Below are positions 16,639 through 26,410 of a stretch of DNA of 43,525 nt, in pieces. The stretch is from a virus (Duplodnaviria; Caudoviricetes): positions 1 through 43,525 of IMG/VR virus record IMGVR_UViG_3300049782_000030. The stretch is one strand, 5' to 3'. The position numbers and the translations under genes were made by a program. Every line of letters starts with the position of its first letter. The first letter of the stretch is position 1. Under the pieces are notes generated by a model. It was not told where the DNA came from. It was given only the letters and a program-made list of their open reading frames with translations, and ran no database searches.

Positions 16639-17622
16639 ATGGCGGGCATCACCGGGCAGGGCACCACCCACAACCTGCCGAACTACGTCGGCGAACTGTT
16701 CGCCGTCACCCCGACCGACACGCCGTTCCTGTCCGCGATCGGCGGCCTGACCGGCGGCGAGCAGGCCACCTCCACCCTGTTCCAGTGGCAGGGCTACGAC
16801 CTGCGCGCCCCCGAGAACAACCGGCAGCGGGTGGAGGGCGCCAACGCGCCGGCCGCTGAGGAGCGCGTCCGGTTCAACGTCACCAACGTGGTGGAGATCC
16901 ACCAGGAGGCGCTGGAGGTCTCCTACACCAAGCAGGCCGCGACCGGGCAGTTCCACTCCACCGGCTCGGCGCACCCCGGGTCGGTCGGCATCGCCGGGTC
17001 CAACCCGGTGACCGACGAGCTGGACTGGCAGACCCAGCAGCAGCTCATCCAGATCGCCCGGGACATCGAGGTCAGCTTCATCACCGGGACCTTCGCCAAC
17101 CCGGCGACCAACGCCACCCCGCGCAAGACCCGCGGGATCCTGGAGGCCATCACCACCAACGTCGTCGTCAACGGCACCCCGGCGGCGCTGACCGAGGCGA
17201 TGGTGCTGGACCTGCTGCAGGACGTGTGGGAGTCGGGCGGCATCCAGGTCTCCGAGACCGCCACCCTGATGGCGAACGCCTGGCAGAAGCGCATGCTCAC
17301 GAAGATCTTCATCACGGACAAGAACTACCAGGAGTCCAGCCGGACGGTCGGCGGTGTCCGAGTCACCACGATCGAGACCGACTTCGGCACGCTGAACATC
17401 ATGCTCAACCGGTACATGCCCGCCGCGGAGCTGGCCGTGGTCTCGCTGGACCAGTGCGCCCCGGTGTTCCTGAACATCCCCGGCAAGGGGTTCCTGTTCA
17501 CCGAGCCGCTGGCCAAGGTCGGCGCGGCCGAGCGGTACCAGATCTACGGCGAGGTCGGCCTGAAGTACGGCAACGAGCGCACCCACGGCAAGATCACCGG
17601 CCTGACCACGGCCGCGGCCTGA
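16639..17622 (+). CDS. Major capsid protein (DUF5309/SU10-like HK97 fold)
   Basis: PTDTPFLSAIG..NVVEIHQE..RKTRGIL..IETDFGTLNI..YGEVGLKYG; AAGGAGA RBS. Confidence 0.93.
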   Translation: MAGITGQGTTHNLPNYVGELFAVTPTDTPFLSAIGGLTGGEQATSTLFQWQGYDLRAPENNRQRVEGANAPAAEERVRFNVTNVVEIHQEALEVSYTKQAATGQFHSTGSAHPGSVGIAGSNPVTDELDWQTQQQLIQIARDIEVSFITGTFANPATNATPRKTRGILEAITTNVVVNGTPAALTEAMVLDLLQDVWESGGIQVSETATLMANAWQKRMLTKIFITDKNYQESSRTVGGVRVTTIETDFGTLNIMLNRYMPAAELAVVSLDQCAPVFLNIPGKGFLFTEPLAKVGAAERYQIYGEVGLKYGNERTHGKITGLTTAAA

Positions 17623-17636
17623 CGGGAGGCGAAGAC

Positions 17637-17954
17637 ATGAAGTTCACGTCCGAGAAGTACCCGTACCTGCGGGTCAACGCGCCCGGCGGCAAGTCCGGGC
17701 GGTTCGCCGACGGCGAGCTGGAGACCACCGACGCCAAGGTGATCGAGGCGCTGCGGGGCCTGCCCTCCGAGTACGGGGTGGCGGCCGCCGACGGCGAGAA
17801 GGCGCAGGACGACGACGAGCCGAAGGACGGCCGGCCGTCCAAGCGCGCCTCCAAGGAGGAGTGGGTCGACTACGCCGTCAGCCGGCAGGGCGTAGAGCGC
17901 GCCGAGGCCGAGGAGATGACCAAGGCCGACCTCGTCGAGCTGTACGGCGGCTGA
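17637..17954 (+). CDS. Head-associated hypothetical protein
   Basis: GGGAGG RBS; RPSKRASKEEWVDYA..MTKADLVELYG C-terminal motif. Confidence 0.8.
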   Translation: MKFTSEKYPYLRVNAPGGKSGRFADGELETTDAKVIEALRGLPSEYGVAAADGEKAQDDDEPKDGRPSKRASKEEWVDYAVSRQGVERAEAEEMTKADLVELYGG

Positions 17955-17955
17955 G

Positions 17956-18555
17956 GTGGCCCTGGCCCCGCTGGCCACGACCGCGGACCTGGACGCCCGG
18001 CGCATCGCCTGGGACGACGAGACCCTCGCCGAGACCTACCTGGCCGTCGCCTCGGCGGCGGTCCGGGACGCGGCCGGGGTCCCCATCTCCCGGGTGACCT
18101 CGACCGTGAAGGTGTACGGGGACGGGTCGCTGTACCTGCGCCTGCCGGGGCCGCCGATCATCTCGGTGACGTCGGTCGTCCTGGACGGGGAGACGGTCGA
18201 TCCGGACTCCTACGCCCTGGTCGACGGCCGCCTGATGCGGCCGTGCGGGTGGGAGGTGTGCGGCCCGCTGCCCAGGCCCGCGGTCGTGACCTACGTGCAC
18301 GGTCTGGCCGAGGTTCCCGCGGACGTGGTGGACCTGGTGGCGCGGATGGCCGGGACGGCGATCGCGCTGTCGGGTGAGGAGGAGGACGGCTCCGGGCTGA
18401 CGATCAGCAACATCGCCTCCGAGCGCCTGGGCGACTACGCCGTCACCTACAACGGCGACGCGGGCGCCACCGAGATGGAGCTGTCGGACCGGACCCGCGA
18501 CCGGCTGCGCAACCGGTTCGGCGGGGCGGCCGCTGGGATGGTGAGGGTCGGATGA
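17956..18555 (+). CDS. Head-to-tail adaptor
   Basis: PLATTADL..ASAAVRDAAG..VTYVHG..SERLGDYAVTY. Confidence 0.85.
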   Translation: MALAPLATTADLDARRIAWDDETLAETYLAVASAAVRDAAGVPISRVTSTVKVYGDGSLYLRLPGPPIISVTSVVLDGETVDPDSYALVDGRLMRPCGWEVCGPLPRPAVVTYVHGLAEVPADVVDLVARMAGTAIALSGEEEDGSGLTISNIASERLGDYAVTYNGDAGATEMELSDRTRDRLRNRFGGAAAGMVRVG

Positions 18556-18869
18556 GCGTCACCCGGCTCATGCGCCAGCGGGTCACCATCGAGCCGCTGA
18601 CCGGCGAGGGCGCCAAGGGCCCGGTGTACGGGCCGGGGTTCTCCGCGCGCGCCCGGGTGCAGGAGGGCGTGGACGTGGAAGCCGGCCGGGACGGGTCGGC
18701 CGAACGGCACGAGGCGACCTCGGCCACCACCGTGTACCTGCCGTACGGGACCGACTGCCCGGAGCGGTCCCGTATCACGCTGCCGTCCGGGCAGGTGGGC
18801 CGCGCGATCGCGGTCACCCGCCGCTGGGAGAACCGGCGGGTGCGGCATCTGGAGGTGAGGGTGCAATGA
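18552..18869 (+). CDS. Head-to-tail stopper/closure protein
   Basis: VTIEPLTGEGAKGPVYG..CPERSRITLPSG; synteny. Confidence 0.8.
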   Translation: MSVTRLMRQRVTIEPLTGEGAKGPVYGPGFSARARVQEGVDVEAGRDGSAERHEATSATTVYLPYGTDCPERSRITLPSGQVGRAIAVTRRWENRRVRHLEVRVQ

Positions 18870-19213
18870 CGCGCATCGATCTGGACTGGGACGGCGAGCG
18901 TGTCACCGCGGCGGTGCGGCGGGGCGCCGGGCTGGGCAGCAGGGCCGCGGCCGAGCTGCTGCTGGAGGTGTCGAACCGGCGGGTGCCGCTGGAGACCGGG
19001 CAGCTGCTGGCCTCCGGGCAGGTGACCACCGACGCCGCCGGCCGCGCGGCGGTGTCCTATTCCGACCCGAATGCGGTCCGCCAGCACGAGGACCCGCACT
19101 ACCAGCACGACCCGGGCCGGTCGCGTAAGTACCTGGAGATTCCGATGATGACGCAGCGGCCGCGGATGCTGCGGGTCATGGCCCGGACGATCCGCAACGT
19201 CCTCGGCACGTAG
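18866..19213 (+). CDS. HK97 gp10-like neck protein
   Basis: VPLETGQL.ASG..AVRQHED..KYLE. Confidence 0.82.
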   Translation: MTRIDLDWDGERVTAAVRRGAGLGSRAAAELLLEVSNRRVPLETGQLLASGQVTTDAAGRAAVSYSDPNAVRQHEDPHYQHDPGRSRKYLEIPMMTQRPRMLRVMARTIRNVLGT

Positions 19214-19669
19214 ATGTCCTGGACCGAGGACCTTCTCGTCGGTCTGGCCGAGCACCTGGACGCCGCCGGCGTCGGGCAGTGGCAGCCCACCGGCGCCTAC
19301 GCCGCCGACTCGCCGCCGCCGATCGCGCTGCGGACGCTGCCGGAGCGCTTCGACCGGGCGTACGCGCTGGGCGCCTACGTCGAGGTCGAGCTGGAGGACG
19401 CGGGCCTGGGCGATGTGACGGTGGGCGTGCAGCTCCGCTCCCGCGGCACGACCGAGCCGGACGTGTGCGACGACGTCGCCGACGCGGCGTGGAACCTGCT
19501 GCACGGCGCCCAGATGCTCACCCTCGGCTCCGGGCCGGCGGCGGTGCACACCTCGCTGATCTACCGGCGGTCCACCGCGCTGCTGGGCGTCGACAAGAAC
19601 GGCCGCTACGAGCGGGCCTGCAACTACTTCATCCACGCGTCCCGGCCGAACTCGCACCGGCCAGACTGA
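19214..19669 (+). CDS. Tail terminator protein
   Basis: VGVQLRSRG..LGVDKNGRYERACNY; precedes the major tail gene. Confidence 0.82.
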   Translation: MSWTEDLLVGLAEHLDAAGVGQWQPTGAYAADSPPPIALRTLPERFDRAYALGAYVEVELEDAGLGDVTVGVQLRSRGTTEPDVCDDVADAAWNLLHGAQMLTLGSGPAAVHTSLIYRRSTALLGVDKNGRYERACNYFIHASRPNSHRPD

Positions 19670-19685
19670 ACAGGAGTAAACACTC

Positions 19686-20408
19686 ATGGCCATCGCGATC
19701 ACCGGCATCACGCCGGCCACCGCGCCCGTGACGGGCGGGACGACCCACCTCATCACCGGCACCGACCTCGACGACGTCACCGGCGTGACCATCGGCGGCA
19801 CCGCCGTGCAGAGCTTCGTGGCGCTGTCGCCGACCCTGATGCGCGTGGTCGCCCCGGCGGGCGCGGCGGGCGCGGCGAACGTGGTGCTGAACCCGGGCGC
19901 GGTCACGCTGACCGGCGGCCTGACGTTCACGGCGCTGACCGGCGACGAGCAGCTGGTCGCGACGCTGGCGCGCAAGTGGAAGCTCGACGTCAACACCGGC
20001 ACCGTCGCCGTCCCCGTGTGGACGCCGGTCCGGGCGATCGGCGAGCTGAAGCCCAACCAGGAGAACAACCTCGAGGACGACTCCGACTACGACAGCGACG
20101 GCTGGTCCTCCAACACCAAGACCCAGATGAGCTGGGAGTTGGAGGCCACGGTGCTGCGCAAGGTCGGCGTGACCTCCGGCAACTACGACCCGGGCCAGGA
20201 GAAGCTGCGTTCCCAGTCCGACCAGTTCGGCTCCGGCGGCACCGCGCACGTGCGCTGGTACGACCGCGACGGCGGGCCGGAGGCGTACGAGGGGTTCGGG
20301 TCGGTGTCGTGGGAGCCGGAGGGCGGCGACGCCAAGGACCTGGAGAAGGTCACCGTGAAGATCTCCGGCAACGGCAAGCGCAACCCCATCGCGAACCCGG
20401 CGGTCTGA
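19686..20408 (+). CDS. Major tail tube protein with N-terminal IPT/TIG (Ig-like) domain
   Basis: ITGITPATAPVTGGT..ITGTDL then LARKWKLDV..DDSDYDSDGW..VRWYDR. Confidence 0.88.
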   Translation: MAIAITGITPATAPVTGGTTHLITGTDLDDVTGVTIGGTAVQSFVALSPTLMRVVAPAGAAGAANVVLNPGAVTLTGGLTFTALTGDEQLVATLARKWKLDVNTGTVAVPVWTPVRAIGELKPNQENNLEDDSDYDSDGWSSNTKTQMSWELEATVLRKVGVTSGNYDPGQEKLRSQSDQFGSGGTAHVRWYDRDGGPEAYEGFGSVSWEPEGGDAKDLEKVTVKISGNGKRNPIANPAV

Positions 20409-20409
20409 G

Positions 20410-20925
20410 GTGGCCTTCAAGGACCTGCGGGAGTTCGTCGACGGCCGGTTCATCGACCTGCCGATCGGCGGCACCACCTACCGCGTCCACGACGTCGACG
20501 CCGAGACCGGCGTGTGGGTGCAGAAGGTCATGGACATCGGCCTGGCCGCCTACCAGGGCAAGGACGTCGACGGCGCGGTCCTGGACGACGACGAGGAACG
20601 CGACACCTACGAGCGCGTCCTGGGCGACACCTACGAGCAGATGCTCGCAGACGGCGTGGACTGGGGCGACATCAAGCACGTCGCCGTCACCGCGATGATC
20701 TGGATCGCCTTCGACGCCGACACCGCCGAGCGCTTCTGGGAGACCGGTGACAAGGGGGAAGCGGCGGCCCCGGAGACCCCGGGGCCGAACCGGGCCTCCC
20801 GCCGGGCGTCGTCGGCCGCGGCGCGTACGACCCGGTCACGGGCCTCTACGAATGGTACGAGGGCCTCACGGTCGGCACCCAAGAAGGCATCACCTGGCAA
20901 GCGCTCCTCGAGCAGTGGGCGCTGA
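20410..20925 (+). CDS. Tail assembly chaperone (G)
   Basis: Between major tail and tape measure genes; sequence becomes low-complexity after the slippery site. Confidence 0.85.
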   Translation: MAFKDLREFVDGRFIDLPIGGTTYRVHDVDAETGVWVQKVMDIGLAAYQGKDVDGAVLDDDEERDTYERVLGDTYEQMLADGVDWGDIKHVAVTAMIWIAFDADTAERFWETGDKGEAAAPETPGPNRASRRASSAAARTTRSRASTNGTRASRSAPKKASPGKRSSSSGR

Positions 20926-21116
20926 TCGAGGCCGACCTGCACAGCGAGTTCGGCGTGGACGTCGAGGACCAGGCCCTGATGCGGTCCCGGTCGTGGCGCT
21001 GGCTCCGCGCCCGCATCGTCGCCCTCCTCAACGCTGAGACGCGCCTGAACCGCCACTTCGCCCCACCGGACAAGGAAGCCGACAAGGCCGAGAAGGCCAC
21101 GGCGAACGGGAGGTGA
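20410..21116 (+). CDS. Tail assembly chaperone G-T fusion via programmed -1 frameshift at GGGGGAA (20754-20760)
   Basis: The -1 frame is open 20757-21116 and encodes WALIEADLHSEFGVDV..RSWRWLRARIVALL, ending 1 nt before the tape measure start. Confidence 0.88.
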
Positions 21117-21117
21117 C

Positions 21118-23691
21118 GTGGCACTCAACCTCGGCCAACTGGTCGCGACCATCACCGCGGACGACTCCCGGTTCCGCCGGACGATGCGCGGCGTCCAGCG
21201 GTCCCTGCAGCAGGTCGGCCGGGCCGCGGCGTTCACCGCCCTGGCCGGCGCCGCGGCGACGCTGACGACCGCCATCGCCCCGGCGGCCGCCGGCATCGCC
21301 TCCCTGGGCATCAGCCTGGGGGCGGCCATCGCGCCGGCGGCCGGGCTGGCAGTGGCGCTACCGGCCATCGCCGCCTCGGCCGTGGTGGCGCTGCAGGCGC
21401 TGAAGCTCGCCTTCACCGGTGTCGGCGACGCTATCGGCAAGGCGGTCTCGGGCGAGCTCGACAAGTTCGAGGAGGAGCTGGCCAAGCTCTCACCGGCTGC
21501 CCGTGCGGTGACGCGCGAGCTGGGCACGGCGCTGCTGGGCCTGCGCACCACCGTGCAGGAGGCGTTCTTCAAGCCGCTGGCCAAGGAGTCGGCCGGGCTC
21601 GGGAAGCTGCTGCGCGGTCCGATCCAGTCGGGCATGTCCGGGGTGTCGTCCTCGATGGGCGGCCTGGCCGCCCGGGTGGCGGTGTTCGCCCGCGAGGCGC
21701 GCAGCATCGCGTTCCTGAACAACCTGTTCGGCCGGACCCGGCAGGCCATCGACAACGCCGGCCGCGGGGTGCCGTCGCTGCTGGCCGGGCTGCGCGACAT
21801 CGCCAACCTCGGCCTGGGGCAGATGCCCCGGCTCGGCAGCGCGATCGGCCGGATGGCCACCGCGATGGGCGAGTGGCTCCAGAAGATCGTCGCCAGCGGG
21901 CAGGCCGCGCGGTGGTTCGAGCGCGCAGTGGAGACGGTGACGCGCCTGGGCCGCATCCTGCGCAACGTCGGGTCGACGCTGCGGCAGGTGTTCCGGGCGG
22001 GCAGCATCGGCGCGTCCGGGATGCTCGTCTCCCTGGAGGCGCTCACCGCGCGGATGGCGACGTGGGCGAAGTCCTCGACCGGGCAGCAGAAGCTGGAGGC
22101 GTTCTTCATCCGCGGGCGCCTGGTGGTGAACCAGCTGACGACCGTGGTGCGGAACCTGGGCCGCGGGCTGGCCGGGGTGTTCCGGCAGGCCGGGACGGGC
22201 GCCGGTGACCTGCTCGGGTCGCTGGTGCTGCTGTCCGAGCGGTTCGCCAACTGGGCGAATTCGGCGCAGGGGCAGCAGCAGCTCGCCAACCTGTTCCGCC
22301 TGCTCAACCAGACGGCGCAGCAGCTCACGATGGTGCTGCCGATCCTGGGCGGCGCGCTGGGCCTGATCGCCTCGATCATCGGGTCGATGCCGCCCGGCAT
22401 GCAGGGCGTCGTCACCAACTTCCTGGCGTGGTCCATCGTGATCGGGCTGATCACCTCCAGGATCGGCCCGCTGCTCACCGGCATCGGCCTGCTCGGCAAG
22501 GGCCTGTTCAAGCTCGGCAGCGCGGTGGCCAACCCGACGTCCCGCCTGCGCCAGTTCGCCTCCCGCATGGGGAGCATGTTCGCCTCGGTGGGCCGCGGCA
22601 TCGGCCGGGCGGCCGCAGCTGTCGGGCGGGGCGCCGCGCAGGCGGGCGCCGCAGCCGGACGGCTGGCGATGGCCGGTGCGCGCGCCGCTGCCACGGCAGC
22701 GGCCTCGGCGGGTCGGGCGGCTGCCAGCTTCGCGATCGCGGCCGGGCGGATGGCCGCCTCGGCTGCGATGACGGCGGCCCGCGTGATCGGCTCCGGGCTG
22801 CTGATGACCGGACAGATGGCGCTGGCCGCCGGGCGGGTGGTGGCGAGCTGGACGATGATGGCGGCACGGGCGGTCATCTCAGCCGCGATCATGGCCGCCC
22901 AGTGGCTGATCGCGTTCTGGCCGGTGGCGCTGGTCGTAGCAGCAGCGGGCGCGGCCGTTTTCCTGATCATCAAGTACTGGGACAAGATCGTCGCCTTCTT
23001 CACCAAGACCCTGCCGCGCTGGCTGAAGATCGGGTTCGACTTCATCGTCAAGCTGATCAAGAACGCGGCGAAGTTCGGGTTCCTGGGACCGATCGGGCTG
23101 ATCATCTCCCACTGGGACAAGATCTCGAAGTTCTTCACCAAGACCCTGCCGTCGGCGGTGTCGACCGGGCTCAAAAACGTCATCAACTGGCTGGCCCGCC
23201 TGCCGAGCCGCGTGCTCGGCGCGCTGGGCAATATGGGGTCCCTGCTGGTCAACGCGGGCAAGAGCCTGCTGTACGGCCTGTGGAACGGCATCGTCAGCGT
23301 CGCGTCGTGGCTGCAGCGGTCCCTGGTCAACCTGGTCAAGCGGATCGTGCCCGGCCCCGTCGCCCGGATCCTCGGCATCGCGAGCCCAAGCAAGGTGTTC
23401 GCCGGGTTCGGCGCCAACCTCGCCGAGGGCCTGGCGCTCGGCATGGACAAGAACCAGGGCCTCGTCGAAGCCGCAGCCGGCGCGCTCGCGGGCGCGGCAT
23501 CGGTGGGCGGCTCCACCGTGGCCACCTCCCGGCCCGCGCCGGTGGGAGCCTCGGCGGCCCGCGGGCCGAACGGGAATGTGAAGGTCACCGTGGACCTGCT
23601 CGGCGGCGACCGGGACCTACGTGAGCGCATCCGCAAGATGGTCACGACCGAAGGCCGCGGCGACGTCCAGATCGCCTTCGGGAGGCGCTGA
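21118..23691 (+). CDS. Tape measure protein
   Basis: 857 aa, Ala/Gly-rich, WDKI repeats, LGIASPSKVF motif. Confidence 0.93.
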   Translation: MALNLGQLVATITADDSRFRRTMRGVQRSLQQVGRAAAFTALAGAAATLTTAIAPAAAGIASLGISLGAAIAPAAGLAVALPAIAASAVVALQALKLAFTGVGDAIGKAVSGELDKFEEELAKLSPAARAVTRELGTALLGLRTTVQEAFFKPLAKESAGLGKLLRGPIQSGMSGVSSSMGGLAARVAVFAREARSIAFLNNLFGRTRQAIDNAGRGVPSLLAGLRDIANLGLGQMPRLGSAIGRMATAMGEWLQKIVASGQAARWFERAVETVTRLGRILRNVGSTLRQVFRAGSIGASGMLVSLEALTARMATWAKSSTGQQKLEAFFIRGRLVVNQLTTVVRNLGRGLAGVFRQAGTGAGDLLGSLVLLSERFANWANSAQGQQQLANLFRLLNQTAQQLTMVLPILGGALGLIASIIGSMPPGMQGVVTNFLAWSIVIGLITSRIGPLLTGIGLLGKGLFKLGSAVANPTSRLRQFASRMGSMFASVGRGIGRAAAAVGRGAAQAGAAAGRLAMAGARAAATAAASAGRAAASFAIAAGRMAASAAMTAARVIGSGLLMTGQMALAAGRVVASWTMMAARAVISAAIMAAQWLIAFWPVALVVAAAGAAVFLIIKYWDKIVAFFTKTLPRWLKIGFDFIVKLIKNAAKFGFLGPIGLIISHWDKISKFFTKTLPSAVSTGLKNVINWLARLPSRVLGALGNMGSLLVNAGKSLLYGLWNGIVSVASWLQRSLVNLVKRIVPGPVARILGIASPSKVFAGFGANLAEGLALGMDKNQGLVEAAAGALAGAASVGGSTVATSRPAPVGASAARGPNGNVKVTVDLLGGDRDLRERIRKMVTTEGRGDVQIAFGRR

Positions 23692-26402
23692 TGCCGTTCC
23701 CTGACGAGGCCATCGACGTCCGCGTCGAGCTGCGGGTAGGCCAGACGTGGACCGACGTCACCGGGCACGTCTACACCCGCGACCCGATCACCATCACCGG
23801 CGGCCGGTCCGCCGAGGGCTCCCAGCCCGACCCGTCCCGGTGCACCCTGACGCTGAACAACCGGGACGGCCGCTACAGCCCCCGCAACCCGCTGAGCCCC
23901 TACTACGGGCAGATCGGCCGGAACACACCCCTGCGCGTCAGCGTCCCGGGCAGTGAAACCTACCTGCTTCTGCCCGCCGCCGGTTCGGCTGCTTCCACCC
24001 CCGACCATGCATCCCTTGACATCACTGGCGACCTGGACGTCCGTCTCGAAGCGGAGATGACGTGGGTAGGCAACGCGGTCGACCTGATAGGGAAGACTGC
24101 TCTGCCGGATCAGCAGTCATGGACGATGTCACTGCTTAGCACGGGCCACATCCGACTGTCCTGGAGTACTGGCGGTACGAGCCTCCTCACGCGGACATCG
24201 ACGGCCCCGGTGTCCTCGACGCGGCGGCAGGCTGTGCGAGCGACCCTGGACGTTGACAACGGCGCCGGCGGGCGTACCGCGACGTTCTACACCGCCGATT
24301 CTCTGGCGGGCCCCTGGACTCAACTAGGCGACCCCGTCATCGCAACGGGTACTACCTCCATCTTCGCCAGCACCGCACCGCTGAGTGTGGGCATGCTCGA
24401 CGGCATTCCGCTGGACAGCAAGGTCTATCGGGCCGAGCTGCGCAGCGGGATCGACGGCACTGTGGTTGCCTCGCCGGACTTCACAGCCCAAGCCGACGGA
24501 ACCGCATCCTTCGCCGACGCGCAGGGGCGCACCTGGTCCGTGACTGGGGGCGCCGAGCTGACCAGTCGCCTCTTCCGCTTCATCGGCGAGGTGCCGTCCT
24601 GGCCGGTGTCCTGGGACACCTCTGGCCACAACGTGTGGGTGCCAATCGAGGCTGCCGGGCTCATGCGGCGCCTTGGCCAAGGGGCTAAACCGCTGCACAG
24701 CGCGATATTCCGCAGCGTCATGAGCGCCGCCCCCTATACCGCGTACTGGCCCCTCGAGGACGCACCGGGCGCGCGCATGGCGGCATCCCCCTATCCACGG
24801 CTCAACGGAATGCGGCTCGCAGGTGAGGTGAACTTCACCGGAGAACCGTCCGGCGGCACGGCGGGAGGCGCCTCCTTTGGCGAGACGGGATCCCTGATCA
24901 ATGGCGTGCCCGGGGGGCCATCCGACTGGACTGTGGCGTTCTGGATTGACCTGCCCGCCGACATGGGCGCCGATGGTGTCTCGCCCGTGATCCAGTGGCG
25001 CACCCCTGGCAACTCACTGGCAACTGAGTGGTCTATCTATACAGGTCAGTCGGTGAACGGGCTTCTGGTGCTCGAGGCGGCGGACCGCGACAACAACATT
25101 GTGATCAGCGAACCCGGTGCGATCGACGTACGCGGCCGTGGCCCCGTTCAGGTCGTCGTCATGGCCACTCAAGACAACGGCACGATTCCGGTATTCGTCT
25201 CGGTGGACAACGAGATCGACATCATCGGCAATACCGGGCCCGATACAGCTACCCCCGTGACAACGGTCGGGATAAACCTCGATGTTGCGCAGGGCCTCAC
25301 CTTCTCTGGCACCGTATCTCATCTGATAGTGGCGCCCTACAACCGACGCGGAAGCGTCCTTGGCCATGCGCCTGCAGGGTCCGGCTACACCGGCGAAACC
25401 GCCGCCGAACGCATCGCCCGCCTGGGCACCGAAGAAGGCGTGCCCGTCGTCATCGTCGGCGACGCCACCACCGCCGCGCCCATGGGACCACAGTTCCCCC
25501 TGACCTTCCTGGACCTACTGACCGAGGCCGCCGACGCCGACGGCGGAACCCTCTACGAGCCGCGCGACGCCCTCGGCCTGCGGTACAAGTCGCTGACCGC
25601 CTCCCTCAACACGCCCGTCGAGCTGGAGCTGGACTACCACGACCAGGTCGCCGCACCGCTGGAGGCGACCGAGGACGACCAGAACCTCCGCAACGACGTC
25701 ACGGTGGAGAGGCAAGGCGGCTCGTCGGCACGCGTCGTCGTCGAGAACGGCCCCCTGTCGACCGCCGCCCCACCGGACGGCGTCGGCGTCTACGACGAGC
25801 AGGTCACCGTCAACGTCGCCGACGACTCACAACTCCTCGACCAGGCCGGGTGGCGCGCCCACCTCGGCACCGTCGACGAGGCCCGCTACCCGATCGTGCG
25901 GCTCAAGCTGCACAAGCACCCCGACCTCATCGAGACCGCGCTCGGCCTGGACCTGCGCTCCCACATCCGCCTGACCGGGCTTCCCCCATGGATGCCGCCC
26001 GGTGACGTCGACCTGCTCATCGACGGCTACACCGAGGTCATCGAGCCGCTGCGGTGGTGGCTGGAGTGGAACACCGTCCCGGGCAGCCCCTGGAACGTGG
26101 GCGTCCTGGACGACCCCGTCCTCGGCCGCGCCGACACCGACGCCTCAGAACTGGCCGCCGCCGCCGACGCCGACGACACCACGCTGTCGGTGGCCACCAC
26201 CGAGGGCCCGCGCTGGGTCACCGACCCCGCCGAGTTCCCCTTCGAGGTCACCGTCGGCGGCGAGGTCGTACAGGTCACCGCCATCTCCGGGACGTCCAGC
26301 CCGCAGACCTTCACTGTCGTCCGCAGCCAGAACGGCATCGTCAAGGCCCACACCGCCGGCACCGACGTGCGGCTCACGCACCCGATGATCCTGTCAATGT
26401 AG
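23691..26402 (+). CDS. Minor tail / baseplate hub protein with internal LamG-like domains
   Basis: WTDVT..LNNRDGRYSPRNP.SPYY; ASLDITGDLDVR; AYWPLED; C-terminal GGEVVQVTAI..VRSQNG. Confidence 0.88.
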   Translation: MPFPDEAIDVRVELRVGQTWTDVTGHVYTRDPITITGGRSAEGSQPDPSRCTLTLNNRDGRYSPRNPLSPYYGQIGRNTPLRVSVPGSETYLLLPAAGSAASTPDHASLDITGDLDVRLEAEMTWVGNAVDLIGKTALPDQQSWTMSLLSTGHIRLSWSTGGTSLLTRTSTAPVSSTRRQAVRATLDVDNGAGGRTATFYTADSLAGPWTQLGDPVIATGTTSIFASTAPLSVGMLDGIPLDSKVYRAELRSGIDGTVVASPDFTAQADGTASFADAQGRTWSVTGGAELTSRLFRFIGEVPSWPVSWDTSGHNVWVPIEAAGLMRRLGQGAKPLHSAIFRSVMSAAPYTAYWPLEDAPGARMAASPYPRLNGMRLAGEVNFTGEPSGGTAGGASFGETGSLINGVPGGPSDWTVAFWIDLPADMGADGVSPVIQWRTPGNSLATEWSIYTGQSVNGLLVLEAADRDNNIVISEPGAIDVRGRGPVQVVVMATQDNGTIPVFVSVDNEIDIIGNTGPDTATPVTTVGINLDVAQGLTFSGTVSHLIVAPYNRRGSVLGHAPAGSGYTGETAAERIARLGTEEGVPVVIVGDATTAAPMGPQFPLTFLDLLTEAADADGGTLYEPRDALGLRYKSLTASLNTPVELELDYHDQVAAPLEATEDDQNLRNDVTVERQGGSSARVVVENGPLSTAAPPDGVGVYDEQVTVNVADDSQLLDQAGWRAHLGTVDEARYPIVRLKLHKHPDLIETALGLDLRSHIRLTGLPPWMPPGDVDLLIDGYTEVIEPLRWWLEWNTVPGSPWNVGVLDDPVLGRADTDASELAAAADADDTTLSVATTEGPRWVTDPAEFPFEVTVGGEVVQVTAISGTSSPQTFTVVRSQNGIVKAHTAGTDVRLTHPMILSM

Positions 26403-26410
26403 GAGGCCCG

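Noticed and set aside
20747-21037. 96-aa plus-strand ORF as second tail chaperone
   Set aside because: Wrong frame; the protein-like sequence is in the start-less -1 frame ending at 21116
20631-24008. 1125-aa minus-strand ORF
   Set aside because: Antisense shadow of the tape measure gene
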